Source of the DNA: Patescibacteria group bacterium
Lineage (GTDB): Bacteria; Patescibacteriota; Patescibacteriia; Veblenbacterales; UBA10138
Direction of reading: 5' to 3'
Length of the DNA stretch: 64,000 bases
Assembly: GCA_041645215.1 (NCBI GenBank)
Contig: JBAZQK010000007.1
Location: 8,976 to 72,975, forward strand
The number at the start of each line of letters is the position of its first letter. Position 1 is the stretch's first letter. A program made the translations under genes and the position numbers. Of this stretch, positions 8,229 to 18,623 are shown in pieces. The notes under the pieces are model-generated. The model made no database searches. It saw nothing but the letters and a program-made list of their open reading frames with translations, and was not told where the DNA came from.

Positions 8229-9641
8229 TTATTTAAACTCGCTGCCGCTGGCCAAGCCGAACTTTTTTATCAGTTCCTCCCCGACTTTCCATACATCCCC
8301 GGCCCCCATCGTTATCACCAAATTAGTGCGGTCAACGGTGGCGATTAAATACTCGGTCGCGGCCGCAATGGTTGGCTTATGAACAACGTCGGGATTATGG
8401 CTTTTAATGGCCTCAACTAAATTTACCGAAGTGACCGCTCCGTTTTTTTCCCGAGCCGATGAATACACGTCCAGCACAATAACCTCGTCGGCCTCGCTAA
8501 AAGCTGTGGCAAAATCAGCCAGCAAGGCGGCGGTGCGGCTAAAAGTATGCGGATGAAACACCACCCGAATTTTCTTATACGGATAATAAGCCCGCGCGGC
8601 TTTTAAAGTCGCAATAATTTCAGCCGGGTGATGGGCATAGTCGTCAACTAAAGTAACGGCATTATTCAACCGACCCTTAATCTCAAACCGCCGCTTCGTG
8701 CCCTCAAACGACGCGATGGCTTGGCGAATAATTTCCATTTCCACTCCCAGTCGCCGGGCGCCAGCCATCGCCGCCAAAGCGTTAGCCACGTTATGCCCGC
8801 CAATTAAACGCCATTGAAAAATACCGTGATACTCGTCACCCTCGTTTACGGAAAAATGCCACTTCCCCTCCTCCAGCCACATTCGCCGCAATGTCCAGCG
8901 GCCGGCGGTTAAACCGTAAGTAACCAACTGTTCCGGTTTTAAACCAGCCTGCGCCACCGCCTGCCGAATATTTTCATTATCATAGCAAGCCACCACAAAA
9001 CCCTCGGCCGGAACTTTTTTTAAAAATTCAACAAACGCTTGCGTGTAATCCGCCGCGGTTTTAAAAAAATCCGGATGATCCCAATCAAGACTGGTTAAAA
9101 TTACCGCCTGCGGTGAAAAAAATTTTAATTTATTATGATACTCGTCCGCCTCAAATACCAGCCACTCGCCGCTGCCAATCAAGGCATTGCCGTTAAACTG
9201 AAAAACTTCCGAGCCGATTAAAGCCGTTGGCGACAGCCCGGCAGTTTGTAAAATATGCGCCAACAGCGCCGAGGTGGTGGTTTTACCGTGACTGCCCGCT
9301 ACGGCCAGACTTTTATACTGACGGGTGAGTTCTCCGACGATCTCGGGGTAAGTTAAAACCTTAAGACCTTTGACGCTGGCGGCTTTAATCTCAACATTGG
9401 TATCATCATAGGCGGTGGAATGAATAACCAAATCAATTGTTCGGTCCAGATGTTGCGCCGCAAAACCCTCATTAACCTCTATACCGGCGCGCGCCAAAAC
9501 CTTATCCGTAAAAAATTTTTCCGCCGTATCGCTCCCCCACACGGTTTTACCATGAGCTTTCAGAATCTGCGCCAGCGCGGTCATACCGACACCCTTAATG
9601 CCGATCATATATATATGTTTTGCTGAATCTAATGTGGACAT
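8229..9641 (-). CDS. murC: UDP-N-acetylmuramate--L-alanine ligase
   Basis: IGIKGVGM, AGSHGKTTT, EADEY, DWDHPD and DDYAHHP motifs. Confidence 0.97.
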   Translation of the reverse strand: MSTLDSAKHIYMIGIKGVGMTALAQILKAHGKTVWGSDTAEKFFTDKVLARAGIEVNEGFAAQHLDRTIDLVIHSTAYDDTNVEIKAASVKGLKVLTYPEIVGELTRQYKSLAVAGSHGKTTTSALLAHILQTAGLSPTALIGSEVFQFNGNALIGSGEWLVFEADEYHNKLKFFSPQAVILTSLDWDHPDFFKTAADYTQAFVEFLKKVPAEGFVVACYDNENIRQAVAQAGLKPEQLVTYGLTAGRWTLRRMWLEEGKWHFSVNEGDEYHGIFQWRLIGGHNVANALAAMAGARRLGVEMEIIRQAIASFEGTKRRFEIKGRLNNAVTLVDDYAHHPAEIIATLKAARAYYPYKKIRVVFHPHTFSRTAALLADFATAFSEADEVIVLDVYSSAREKNGAVTSVNLVEAIKSHNPDVVHKPTIAAATEYLIATVDRTNLVITMGAGDVWKVGEELIKKFGLASGSEFK

Positions 9642-9672
9642 AGTTCAAATTTTAAATTCTAAATTTTTAATT

Positions 9673-9857
9673 CCTGCCCGCTCCGTCATGGCTTCGCCAG
9701 ATCTCGTCGTCGCTACGCAAGATCTCGCGAAGCGAGACAGAGCGATGACTAAGCGGGGCCCGCCGCTAGCCTTACCCGATAGCTGAACCGATACCAGACT
9801 ACAATACTTTTATTTATAGTTAGAGCGTGTTTGACACAGCAGCTTTGGCAGGCGGGT
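9673..9857 (+). mobile_element. CCTGCCCGCC miniature element (copy B) with nested palindromic insertions
   Basis: 103-bp core once the nested CCCGCT..GTCAT...ATGAC..AGCGGG insert is removed. Confidence 0.75.
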
Positions 9858-9992
9858 TTAATCAATTTTACTAATTCGTGATTCGCTAATCGTTCTTCGC
9901 TACTCGTATTTAATATACGAACCCGCGAGTTGCGAAGCCACGATAAACGATTATTAATTATTAAATTAAAATTCAATAAAAATTTAAAATTG

Positions 9993-10095
9993 CCTGCCCG
10001 CCGCTCGCCTCATTCAATTAACTGATTGCTATAAAATTATAGTACTAATATTTATAGTTAGAGTTTATCCAAAACATAAGCTTTGGCAGGCGGGT
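9993..10095 (+). mobile_element. CCTGCCCGCC miniature element (copy C), 103 bp
   Basis: Conserved ends and gapless alignment to copies B and D. Confidence 0.75.
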
Positions 10096-10105
10096 AAATT
10101 AAAAA

Positions 10106-11176
10106 TTACCTTGCTTTATTCCGTTGTAATAAACCAATTATCTGCGCAACTATTTTTTCAGCGGCGTCATTATTCAGCAATTTGTGTAAATTGCTTCCAA
10201 GTGTAACCGCCGCCTCTGACAACAAAAGCTGTCTTAGAGTATCAACAAACATCTCAGCCGTCAAGCTATTTTGCGGCAAAACCGCCGCCGCCTGGTTCTG
10301 TTTGAGCCAAGCCGCGTTGTCCTCCTGATGCGTATCGGGAATTGGTATTACGATAGTTGGTTTACTGGCGGCCGCCAACTCACTAATGGCTCCCATACCG
10401 CCCCGGGTGACTGCCAAATCAGACGCCGCGATTAAGGTTATCATATCATTTGACAACGGAACTGATAAATAATTTTCCCGCTCTCTCTCCTCGCCTTTAT
10501 GCAAACCGGTCAGATGAATAACTTGGCTGAATTCGGTTAACTGTTTGATGGTGCGCGAAATCAAGCCGTTGATATAAACGGCGCCGGTGCCGCCGCCCAT
10601 TATCAATAAAGTCGGCCAATCAGGCTTAAGACCAAGTTTAATTCGCGCCGCGGCCTGATTGGGTAGGTCGGCAAAACCTGGCCGCACCGGATTGCCGGTT
10701 AATACCGTTTTGCGCGCGGGAAAATTAGCAACCGCTATCGGCCAGGCGACAGTTATTAAATTGGCTGCCGGCGTCAGCAACTTATTGGCTAAACCGGACC
10801 GAACATCAGCTTGATGGATAAGTTGCGGAACACGATAACACCAGGCGGCCCAACCAACCGGCACGGCCACAAAGCCGCCGGCTGACATTACAAAATCCGG
10901 GCGCTTAAGGCCAAACCGCCAGAGCGCCGCAAAAAATCCCCGCCCAATTGAAAACAAATCAGTCAGATTGCGCCAACTCCAATAACGGCGGAACTTTCCG
11001 GCCGGAATGGCGACAAACTTCCAACCCTTGAACTTGATAAGATTTTTTTCCGGACCAGCTTTAGTCCCCCACCATTCAATCCGCAAAGACGGCTCTGATT
11101 TTTGCCATACTTCAGCCACGGCAATCAGGGGTGTAACCGAACCGAGCGTACCGCCGCCCACACAAACCAGCTTCAT
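10106..11176 (-). CDS. murG: MurG glycosyltransferase
   Basis: GGGTLGSV, GGFVAVP, TGNPVR, GGGTGA and HQEDNA motifs. Confidence 0.95.
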   Translation of the reverse strand: MKLVCVGGGTLGSVTPLIAVAEVWQKSEPSLRIEWWGTKAGPEKNLIKFKGWKFVAIPAGKFRRYWSWRNLTDLFSIGRGFFAALWRFGLKRPDFVMSAGGFVAVPVGWAAWCYRVPQLIHQADVRSGLANKLLTPAANLITVAWPIAVANFPARKTVLTGNPVRPGFADLPNQAAARIKLGLKPDWPTLLIMGGGTGAVYINGLISRTIKQLTEFSQVIHLTGLHKGEERERENYLSVPLSNDMITLIAASDLAVTRGGMGAISELAAASKPTIVIPIPDTHQEDNAAWLKQNQAAAVLPQNSLTAEMFVDTLRQLLLSEAAVTLGSNLHKLLNNDAAEKIVAQIIGLLQRNKAR

Positions 11177-12315
11177 AATTTTTTATGGTTTAATTTACCA
11201 GACCGCGAAATATTGGTTAAAATTCCAATCGCCGCCAAAGCGGTCATTAGGGCGGTGCCGCCGGCTGACACCAGCGGCAAAGGCACGCCGGTCAAAGGCA
11301 GAATATTCAGCATTGACGCCATATTAATACCAGTTTGCCAGGCTAACCACGACAATATTCCCACTGCCAAGTAGCGCCCAAAATCATCCGACGCGAAACG
11401 AGCAATTTTAAAACCGCGCCAAAAAAACATAATCAAGATGGTAATAAAAATAGTGGTAAACACAAATCCCAACTCCTCGGAAATTACCGCAAAAATCGAA
11501 TCGCCCGTCACCTCTGGTAAATATTGATACTTTTGCCGCGAATAACCCAGGCCCACCCCAAAAATTCCGCCGGAACCAACCGCCAGTAAGGCTTGATTAA
11601 TGTGATAACCAATTCCCTGCGGATCCAGACTTGGCTGCAAAAATACCGCCAGCCGCCGCGCCCGGTAGCCAACCTTTGTTATAACCAGCCATAAAGCCGA
11701 CATCCCCAGCGCCCCTAACAAACCCAAATGAATCCAGTTGGCGCCGGCCACAAAAAAAGTCATTACCGCGCTCACGCCGATTACCGACGCCGTACCCAAA
11801 TCATTTTGCGCCAGCATTAAAGCCAGTACCGCCCCCAGCACCAAAACAAACGGCAGTAACCCTTTTTTAAAATCTTTTATATTATCAGCCCCCTTGCCAT
11901 CAAGCCACGAGGCCAAATAAATCAAAAATGTCAGCTTAACCAATTCGCTCGGCTGAAACGAAAAGGCTCCCAAATGAATCCAGCGCGTGGCGCCGCCGTA
12001 CTCAAAGCCGAGTCCGGGAATAAACACCGCCAGCAGTAAACCAACCGAACCAAGCAGCGCCGGCAAGGCTAATTTTTTTAAATTCTGATAATTCCAGCGG
12101 CTAAAAAAAGAAAACGCCGCCAAGCCTGGCAACAAACCGTACAGCAACTGACGTTTTAAATAATAGTAGCTGTCGCCAAATTTTTGATAACCTACAACTG
12201 AACTAGCGGAGGTTAAAAATACCAAGCCTAACACCACCAATACTCCCGCCAGCGACAACCAAACATAATCCGGCGGTGAAGTTTTTTTATTTAAACTGGC
12301 TCCTGTTAAATTCAT
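11173..12315 (-). CDS. ftsW: SEDS peptidoglycan polymerase FtsW
   Basis: GATRWI, FQPSELVK, YLPEVTGDSIF and PLTGVPLP motifs; position between murD and murG. Confidence 0.95.
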   Translation of the reverse strand: MNLTGASLNKKTSPPDYVWLSLAGVLVVLGLVFLTSASSVVGYQKFGDSYYYLKRQLLYGLLPGLAAFSFFSRWNYQNLKKLALPALLGSVGLLLAVFIPGLGFEYGGATRWIHLGAFSFQPSELVKLTFLIYLASWLDGKGADNIKDFKKGLLPFVLVLGAVLALMLAQNDLGTASVIGVSAVMTFFVAGANWIHLGLLGALGMSALWLVITKVGYRARRLAVFLQPSLDPQGIGYHINQALLAVGSGGIFGVGLGYSRQKYQYLPEVTGDSIFAVISEELGFVFTTIFITILIMFFWRGFKIARFASDDFGRYLAVGILSWLAWQTGINMASMLNILPLTGVPLPLVSAGGTALMTALAAIGILTNISRSGKLNHKKL

Positions 12316-12320
12316 AGCGA

Positions 12321-13703
12321 TTATTTAAGGGCTTTAATTAATTTAACAAATTGCTCTCCCCGATCAAATTCATGCTTAAACAAACCAAAACTGGCCGCCC
12401 CGGGCGACAATAACACGGTGCCGCCCGGCGGACTGATAAGCCGGGCAAACTTTACCGCCGCCGCCATCGTGCGCGCCAAAAAAATTGATTTATAGCCGCG
12501 TAAGGCGGCCTGCAATTTAACAGTCGCGGTTCCCGGCAGCAATATTAAACCGACTTCGGATTTTTTTATAGCCGCGGCCATCTTGCCGTAATCAAGTTTT
12601 TTATCAGCCCCGCCGGCAATCAAGGTTATGTTTTGTCCCGCCAGCGCCGCCAGCGCCGCTTGGGTCGCCGCCGGCGCCGTCGCCGTGGTGTCGTTATAAA
12701 ATTTAACGCCCCGCCACTCGCGCACCAGTTCCAGGCGGTCGCGCAAACCGGCAAAATTCTTAACGCCTTGTCTAATTCGGCTAACCGGCACACCCGCGAC
12801 ATAAGCCGTTAAAGCGGCCGCCAACGCATTGGCTAAATTATGCTGTCCTAACATTTTAAGGTCCGACAATCTGAACAACACTTGGGGCGACTCGGCGCCC
12901 TTAACTAAAATGTCAGGGCCGTCAACATAGACGCCGCGTTCCACCGGATTGAAAACGGAAAACCAGTGCACCAAACCGCGGGCGGCCATGGCCATTTGCC
13001 GCGTTATTAAATTGTCGTAGTTCAAAATCAGCTGGTCACCCGGGTCTTGCCAGCGAAAAATCTGCGCTTTGGCTTGCGTATAATTAAGAAACGAACGATA
13101 GCGATTAAGATGGTCTGGCAAAACATTGGTAATCACCGCTAGGGGAATCCGCAGTTTATGCCGGCCGACTAATTCCAACTGCCAGCTGGACAACTCCAAA
13201 ACCACTGGCGTAGTTGGCTTAATTTTATCCAAAACACTGAACATGGCAACGTCGCGAATGTTTCCGGCCACTACTGCATTAGGCTGCCATAATTTGATAA
13301 TTGCGCCCAACAAACTGGTAGTGGTGGATTTACCCTTGCTGCCGGTAATCGCGATTAATTTAGTGCTGGGACATAGTTTTAAAAACAAGCTCGCCTCGTT
13401 TTCAATATTAATTTTTTTTTGCCGCGCCGCCTGCAAAATCGATAAATTGGCCGGCACGCCCGGATTTTGCACAATCATTTGACAGCCGTCTAACAGCGCC
13501 AGTGGGTGTGAACCCAAAACCAAGCGGTATTTTTTAGCGCCGAGTTGACGCAGGCTGTTGACTAATTCGGCCCGGCTTTTGAGATCGCTAATGGTTAGCT
13601 GGGCGCCTTGTTGGAGTAACCACCGCGCCACCGCCACGCCACCGCCGTGCACCCCTAAGCCCAATAGCAAAACTGGTAAATTTTTAAAATTTATCTCTAC
13701 CAT
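12321..13703 (-). CDS. murD: UDP-N-acetylmuramoyl-L-alanine--D-glutamate ligase
   Basis: ITGSKGKSTT, ELSSWQL, PDHLNRY, YNDTTAT and LLSPGAASF motifs. Start reassigned to MVEINFK. Confidence 0.95.
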   Translation of the reverse strand: MVEINFKNLPVLLLGLGVHGGGVAVARWLLQQGAQLTISDLKSRAELVNSLRQLGAKKYRLVLGSHPLALLDGCQMIVQNPGVPANLSILQAARQKKINIENEASLFLKLCPSTKLIAITGSKGKSTTTSLLGAIIKLWQPNAVVAGNIRDVAMFSVLDKIKPTTPVVLELSSWQLELVGRHKLRIPLAVITNVLPDHLNRYRSFLNYTQAKAQIFRWQDPGDQLILNYDNLITRQMAMAARGLVHWFSVFNPVERGVYVDGPDILVKGAESPQVLFRLSDLKMLGQHNLANALAAALTAYVAGVPVSRIRQGVKNFAGLRDRLELVREWRGVKFYNDTTATAPAATQAALAALAGQNITLIAGGADKKLDYGKMAAAIKKSEVGLILLPGTATVKLQAALRGYKSIFLARTMAAAVKFARLISPPGGTVLLSPGAASFGLFKHEFDRGEQFVKLIKALK

Positions 13704-13710
13704 GGAAGCC

Positions 13711-14757
13711 TTAGTTAAAACCCTTATCCAATAAAGCCACAATTACACCGATCACTGCCGTAACCCCTGAAATCACCCAAAACCGCATCACAATTTTCGG
13801 TTCTGACCAGCCAATCGCCTCCAAATGATGATGGAGCGGAGCTGATAAAAAAACTTTACGCCCGCGCAATTTTTTTGACAAAACCTGTATTATAACTGAT
13901 AGCGATTCAACCACCAACAACCAACCGATAATCGGCAACAATAAAGCGCTATTGGTCAGCATCGCCACGATTCCCAACGTTACCCCCAGCGACATCGCGC
14001 CGGTGTCACCCATAAAGAATCGGGCCGGATTAATATTGAACCACAAAAACGCCAGCAAACTTCCGACAATAACCCCGCAAAAAGTAGCCAGATCATATTT
14101 GCCCTGCAAAAACGCAATCGCGCCAAAGGCGCCAAAGGCCGCCAGCAGCGTACCGCCGGCCAAACCGTCCAAACCGTCAGTCTCGTTGACCGAGAAAGCG
14201 GTCGCCACGATAATAAAAATAAAAACCGGGATATACCACCAACCAATGTCAAAATTTCCCACGAACGGAATATGAATAATGCTCCAGTTAAGTATTGACG
14301 GCGAATAAAACCACCAGGCGCCGACCACAGCAATAGCGGTGTAAATCAACAAGCGATGGTAAATATTCAAACCGCCGCCGCCGAAGATGCCTTTGCCTTT
14401 GACATCCAACCAGTCGTCAAACAAGCCAACAATGGCTGAGGCTACCAGCGCGCCCAACGGCAACACGGTTTCAGCGCGCGATAAAAAATTAAAATGAATA
14501 ACCCCAATCAAATCCAGATAAAAAAATAGCAACGACAAAACCAGCGTCGTCACCCACACCAACAGCCCGCCCATAGTCGGCGTGCCGGCCTTGGCTTGGT
14601 GCAACGCCGACATTATCGGCGCGCTGTCGGCGGCGCGAATTTTTTTGCCAAGTTGATATTTATATAAAAAATTAGTCAACAACGGCGTCCACAGCAAAGC
14701 CACCACAAATGAAACCGCCGTCAACAATAATATTTCTAAAGCCGCCAGGTTATTCAT
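13711..14757 (-). CDS. mraY: phospho-N-acetylmuramoyl-pentapeptide transferase
   Basis: GTPTMGG, VNETDGLDGLA, FMGDTG and APLHHHLE motifs. Confidence 0.97.
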   Translation of the reverse strand: MNNLAALEILLLTAVSFVVALLWTPLLTNFLYKYQLGKKIRAADSAPIMSALHQAKAGTPTMGGLLVWVTTLVLSLLFFYLDLIGVIHFNFLSRAETVLPLGALVASAIVGLFDDWLDVKGKGIFGGGGLNIYHRLLIYTAIAVVGAWWFYSPSILNWSIIHIPFVGNFDIGWWYIPVFIFIIVATAFSVNETDGLDGLAGGTLLAAFGAFGAIAFLQGKYDLATFCGVIVGSLLAFLWFNINPARFFMGDTGAMSLGVTLGIVAMLTNSALLLPIIGWLLVVESLSVIIQVLSKKLRGRKVFLSAPLHHHLEAIGWSEPKIVMRFWVISGVTAVIGVIVALLDKGFN

Positions 14758-14760
14758 AAT

Positions 14761-15144
14761 TTAACTATTAAGCCAAAATAATAAAACCGTCTGCCCTAAA
14801 AACCCCAAACTAATAAGACAACTTAACCACAGCCAGACTTGTTTTAGTATAAGTGTTCGGCGTCCGACTGAATAAGCCAGCGCCACATTAATCAAGGCAA
14901 AACCGGTGGCGGTCAGCGGTAATAATATTAACGACAAATTATTTTCCACCCAGTTCGGCCCCAAGGCCACCGAATAACGTATAACACTGAAGTTATCGCG
15001 GCTTGGCCAATTATAAAGTACTAGCCACCAATTAGCCGCCAAAATAATGATATTTAAACCAATAGCGCCAGTAATGCCGGGTTGCCGCCAAAAGGCTCGC
15101 CAGGTTTCACGACGCCATTGCCAAAAATAATTAAATGACCACAT
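14761..15144 (-). CDS. hypothetical membrane protein (3 TM)
   Basis: Hydrophobic ORF abutting mraY on the same strand. Confidence 0.75.
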   Translation of the reverse strand: MWSFNYFWQWRRETWRAFWRQPGITGAIGLNIIILAANWWLVLYNWPSRDNFSVIRYSVALGPNWVENNLSLILLPLTATGFALINVALAYSVGRRTLILKQVWLWLSCLISLGFLGQTVLLFWLNS

Positions 15145-15272
15145 AAACTATATTAATTGTAGTTGAAAGGGGGGGGTTTAGGCAAACTAAATAGTCTAAT
15201 TAAATTGTTAAACCGGACAATCTTTGATATACTCAAGTCAAGCTGGGCGCCAAATTAAAATGGCTCGGCCAA

Positions 15273-15459
15273 GTGAAACTCCATCCTCCTTGGCGGATAG
15301 CATCTTCATGTTCTGCGGCGCCCGTCCTCCGTCCTCCCAAGGAGGACTACGGAGGATGGAGAACCCGTTAAAGCCTATCCTCCTTGCCTACTGAAACCAT
15401 AGTCCCGATGTACAAAAAGGACGAGGGCCGGGCGTTCACCTTCTTGAGGACGGTAGCAG
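15273..15459 (-). mobile_element. IS200/IS605-type miniature element with nested palindromes
   Basis: On the minus strand it follows TTAC and ends in TCAC. Contains the GTCCTCCCAAGGAGGAC hairpin shared with the 28.3, 49.8 and 53.2 kb copies. Confidence 0.65.
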
Positions 15460-15490
15460 GTAAAACAACTGATATTATAATGGACCGGTT

Positions 15491-17224
15491 ATGCTAAACC
15501 AGGATTATGTAACCAAAATAGCTTTAGACAACAAAATAATCAGTCCGGTTGATCTAAAAAAAATAAAGGCTGAACTCAAAAGCGGTGATTTGAATCTGGA
15601 AGATTATTTGATAAAAGAGCGCTTAACGACGGATGAGGCGCTGTACATGTTGCTGGCCAAACGGTTTGATTTGCCGTTTGTTGATCTTAAAAATGTCACA
15701 ATCCGCAAAGACATCCTGCTGGCAATACCGGAGCCGATTGCCCAAACCCACCAAATTGTGGCTTTTGATAAAGATGACAAGTCAATCAAAATTGCCACCA
15801 CTGATCCGGATGATTTGCAGACTTTTGAATTTATTGAAAAAAAATTTGGCCTGAAGGCGGAAATTCACCTTACCAGCCCAACTGCCATCCGCGAGGTTCT
15901 TAAACAATACCATAAAAGTTTAAGAGCTGAATTCGCCGAAATAACCAAAGATGATAAAACCGCCGATCCGGCCCGCGCCGGCAATGATTTGCAAAAATTA
16001 GCAGAGGATTTGCCGATTGTCCGAATTGTCGACACCCTGCTGGAATACGCCATATTTGAACGCGCTTCCGATATCCACATTGAACCAACCGAAGCCGAGG
16101 TTATTGTCCGCTATCGGGTTGACGGCGTGCTGCGCGACGTGATGACTCTCCCCAAAGCCGTACAACCCGGTTTAACCGCCCGCATTAAAATTTTGTCTAA
16201 TTTAAAACTGGACGAACATCGCCTCCCCCAGGACGGTCGTTTTAAAATTAAAACTAAGGAGTACGAATTTTCTTTCCGGGTATCAATTATCCCGGTGTTT
16301 GATGGTGAAAAAATCGTTATGCGCCTGTTGCAGGAATCAGGCCAAGTTCTAACCCTGGAACAACTAGGTTTTCAAAAAAGTGTTTTGCTTAAAGTCAAAC
16401 GCAACATTAGTAAACCGCACGGCATGATTTTGGTTACCGGTCCCACCGGCAGCGGTAAAACCACTACACTCTACTCCGTTCTGAATGTGCTCAACACGCC
16501 CGAGGTTAATATTTCAACGGTGGAAGATCCAATAGAATACCGCATGCCGCGTATTAACCAAAGCCAGGTTTCACCGCGCACCGGCTTTACTTTTGCCGCC
16601 GGCTTGCGCGCCTTGTTGCGGCAAGACCCCAATATTATTATGGTCGGTGAAATTCGCGACATGGAAACAGCCGAAATTGCCATCCACGCCGCCATGACCG
16701 GTCATTTGGTGTTATCTACCCTGCACACTAACGACGCGGTTGGGACCTTGCCGCGCCTGTTGGATATGGGGGTAGCGCCATTCTTGGTGTCATCAACCGT
16801 CAACGTTATTGTCGGCCAGCGTTTAGTGCGCAAAATCTGCCAAAATTGCATTGTTTCCTACAAACTGACTGGTAAAAATATTGAGGACATTGACAGCCAA
16901 CTCAACCTAAAAGAATTAATGGCTGATTTAGCGAAAGAAGGCGCGGTCGCCTCGATTAACCAAAAAATTGAGAGTATGTTATTTTACCGCGGCAAAGGCT
17001 GTAAGCAATGTAATCAGGAAGGGTATCGCGGACGAATCGGCATTTATGAAATTTTTGAAGTTGACCCGGAAGTGGCTAATTTAATTTTAAACCGCGCGCC
17101 CTCGCAAGAGCTGTTCAAGGCGGCTCGCAAACAAGGTATGATAACCATGTTTGAAGACGGCTTTATCAAGGCTAAAGCCGGCATTACCACCATTGAGGAA
17201 GTGCTGCGGGTAACGCGTGAATAA
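15491..17224 (+). CDS. pilB: type IV pilus assembly ATPase (GspE/PilB)
   Basis: ASDIHIEP, GPTGSGKTTT, LRQDP, GHLVLSTLHTN and a tetracysteine motif. Confidence 0.95.
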   Translation: MLNQDYVTKIALDNKIISPVDLKKIKAELKSGDLNLEDYLIKERLTTDEALYMLLAKRFDLPFVDLKNVTIRKDILLAIPEPIAQTHQIVAFDKDDKSIKIATTDPDDLQTFEFIEKKFGLKAEIHLTSPTAIREVLKQYHKSLRAEFAEITKDDKTADPARAGNDLQKLAEDLPIVRIVDTLLEYAIFERASDIHIEPTEAEVIVRYRVDGVLRDVMTLPKAVQPGLTARIKILSNLKLDEHRLPQDGRFKIKTKEYEFSFRVSIIPVFDGEKIVMRLLQESGQVLTLEQLGFQKSVLLKVKRNISKPHGMILVTGPTGSGKTTTLYSVLNVLNTPEVNISTVEDPIEYRMPRINQSQVSPRTGFTFAAGLRALLRQDPNIIMVGEIRDMETAEIAIHAAMTGHLVLSTLHTNDAVGTLPRLLDMGVAPFLVSSTVNVIVGQRLVRKICQNCIVSYKLTGKNIEDIDSQLNLKELMADLAKEGAVASINQKIESMLFYRGKGCKQCNQEGYRGRIGIYEIFEVDPEVANLILNRAPSQELFKAARKQGMITMFEDGFIKAKAGITTIEEVLRVTRE

Positions 17225-17225
17225 T

Positions 17226-18437
17226 ATGAAGTTCAAATACACGGCCCGCTCAACGGCGGGCGAAACCGCGCACGGCCAAATGGAGGCCGAATCGGAGATT
17301 GAGCTTAAAAATATGCTGGCGGAGCAAAATTTGAGTTTAGAGGATGTTGCCACCGTAACGGAACCGGTAATCAGGCAACAAGTTAAGTACGGTCTGTTCC
17401 AAAAAATATCAGTTGTTGATAAAATATTTTTTGCCCAAAACTTGCAAGTTATGATTCGGGCCGGTTTACCGATGGCCGCCGCCCTTAAAACCTTAATTGA
17501 CCAAACCGAAAATAAATTGCTTAAAAAAATTCTGAACGACATTAACGACCACGTGGTACGCGGCATAACATTATCAGACGCCTTAGCTCGCCATCCTAAA
17601 GTTTTTTCCGAACTTTTTGTCAATATGATCAGAGCCGGTGAAAAAAGCGGCAAACTGGAAGAAGTGCTCGGCCAAGTAACTGTCCAACTGCGCAAAAACC
17701 ACGCTTTAATCGCCAAAGTACGCGGGGCGCTAACCTACCCCATTATCGTTATTATCGCCATGATTGGCATTGGTATTGGTATGATCGTATTTGTAATCCC
17801 TAAAATAACCGACATTTTTTCCGAGGTAAACGCGACCTTGCCCTTGCCCACCAGAATTTTAATCGGACTAAGCAATTTTATCATCAATAATGGTCTGCTG
17901 GTAACGCTGGGAGTGATTATTTTAATCTGGCTATTTATGCGCTTTATTAAATCAAAGCGCGGACGTCATTTGTGGCATCGTCTCCTGCTTAAACTGCCGG
18001 TTTTAAATTCAATTTTAAAAAAAATTAATTTAGCCAGCTTTTGCCGAACCTTTTCGTCGCTTATTAAAACTGACATTCCAATTGTCCAAGCTTTCAAAAT
18101 TACGGCTTCCACTATTAACAATGTCATTTATCGTGAAGCTATTGACAATATGGGCGACCAGGTCCGCCAGGGCGTGCAAATTGCCTCCATCCTGCCCCAA
18201 TACCCGATGTTGTTTCCGCCGCTGGTTGTGCAAATGATAACAGTCGGCGAGAACACCGGCTCACTGGATAAGTTGTTGGAGGAATTAGCCGGTTTTTATG
18301 AGGAGGAAGTTGACCAAACCATGTCCACTTTATCAACTATCATTGAACCTTTATTAATGATTATCCTGGGTATTGGTGTCGGCAGTATGGCGGTTGCCAT
18401 TATTCTGCCGCTCTACTCGTTAACGCAAAGCATCTAA
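17226..18437 (+). CDS. pilC: type IV pilus platform protein (GspF/PilC)
   Basis: AGEKSGKL, ALTYP, VGENTGSL and IIEPLL motifs of T2SSF. Confidence 0.95.
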   Translation: MKFKYTARSTAGETAHGQMEAESEIELKNMLAEQNLSLEDVATVTEPVIRQQVKYGLFQKISVVDKIFFAQNLQVMIRAGLPMAAALKTLIDQTENKLLKKILNDINDHVVRGITLSDALARHPKVFSELFVNMIRAGEKSGKLEEVLGQVTVQLRKNHALIAKVRGALTYPIIVIIAMIGIGIGMIVFVIPKITDIFSEVNATLPLPTRILIGLSNFIINNGLLVTLGVIILIWLFMRFIKSKRGRHLWHRLLLKLPVLNSILKKINLASFCRTFSSLIKTDIPIVQAFKITASTINNVIYREAIDNMGDQVRQGVQIASILPQYPMLFPPLVVQMITVGENTGSLDKLLEELAGFYEEEVDQTMSTLSTIIEPLLMIILGIGVGSMAVAIILPLYSLTQSI

Positions 18438-18440
18438 ATA

Positions 18441-18605
18441 AGGACTTACGCGTTTGAGCCAAGTTCGAGGCAAAACCGAGCATTTGAGCGAGCCGTAGTA
18501 AAACTACGGTGAACGAAAAGCGGAGGTTTTAACGAAGAAATTGGCCAAAGCCGCTTGAGGGGTCGTCCCTGCGCCAGCCCGGCAAGCGGCAAGCGCGTAA
18601 GTCCT
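18441..18605. mobile_element. MITE with AGGACTTACGCG terminal inverted repeats
   Basis: TIRs AGGACTTACGCG/CGCGTAAGTCCT with ATA on both flanks; highly similar inverted copy at 26210-26370. Confidence 0.85.
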
Positions 18606-18623
18606 ATAACAAGGAGATTGATT

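Noticed and set aside
9749-9976. ORF spanning the 103-bp element
   Set aside because: The same frame has a stop codon in the sister copy at 9993-10095.
17087-17716. Antisense or alternate-frame ORFs overlapping confident genes (also 33458-34018, 58477-58929, 62083-62715 and similar)
   Set aside because: Shadow ORFs of well-supported genes, with no recognisable motifs.
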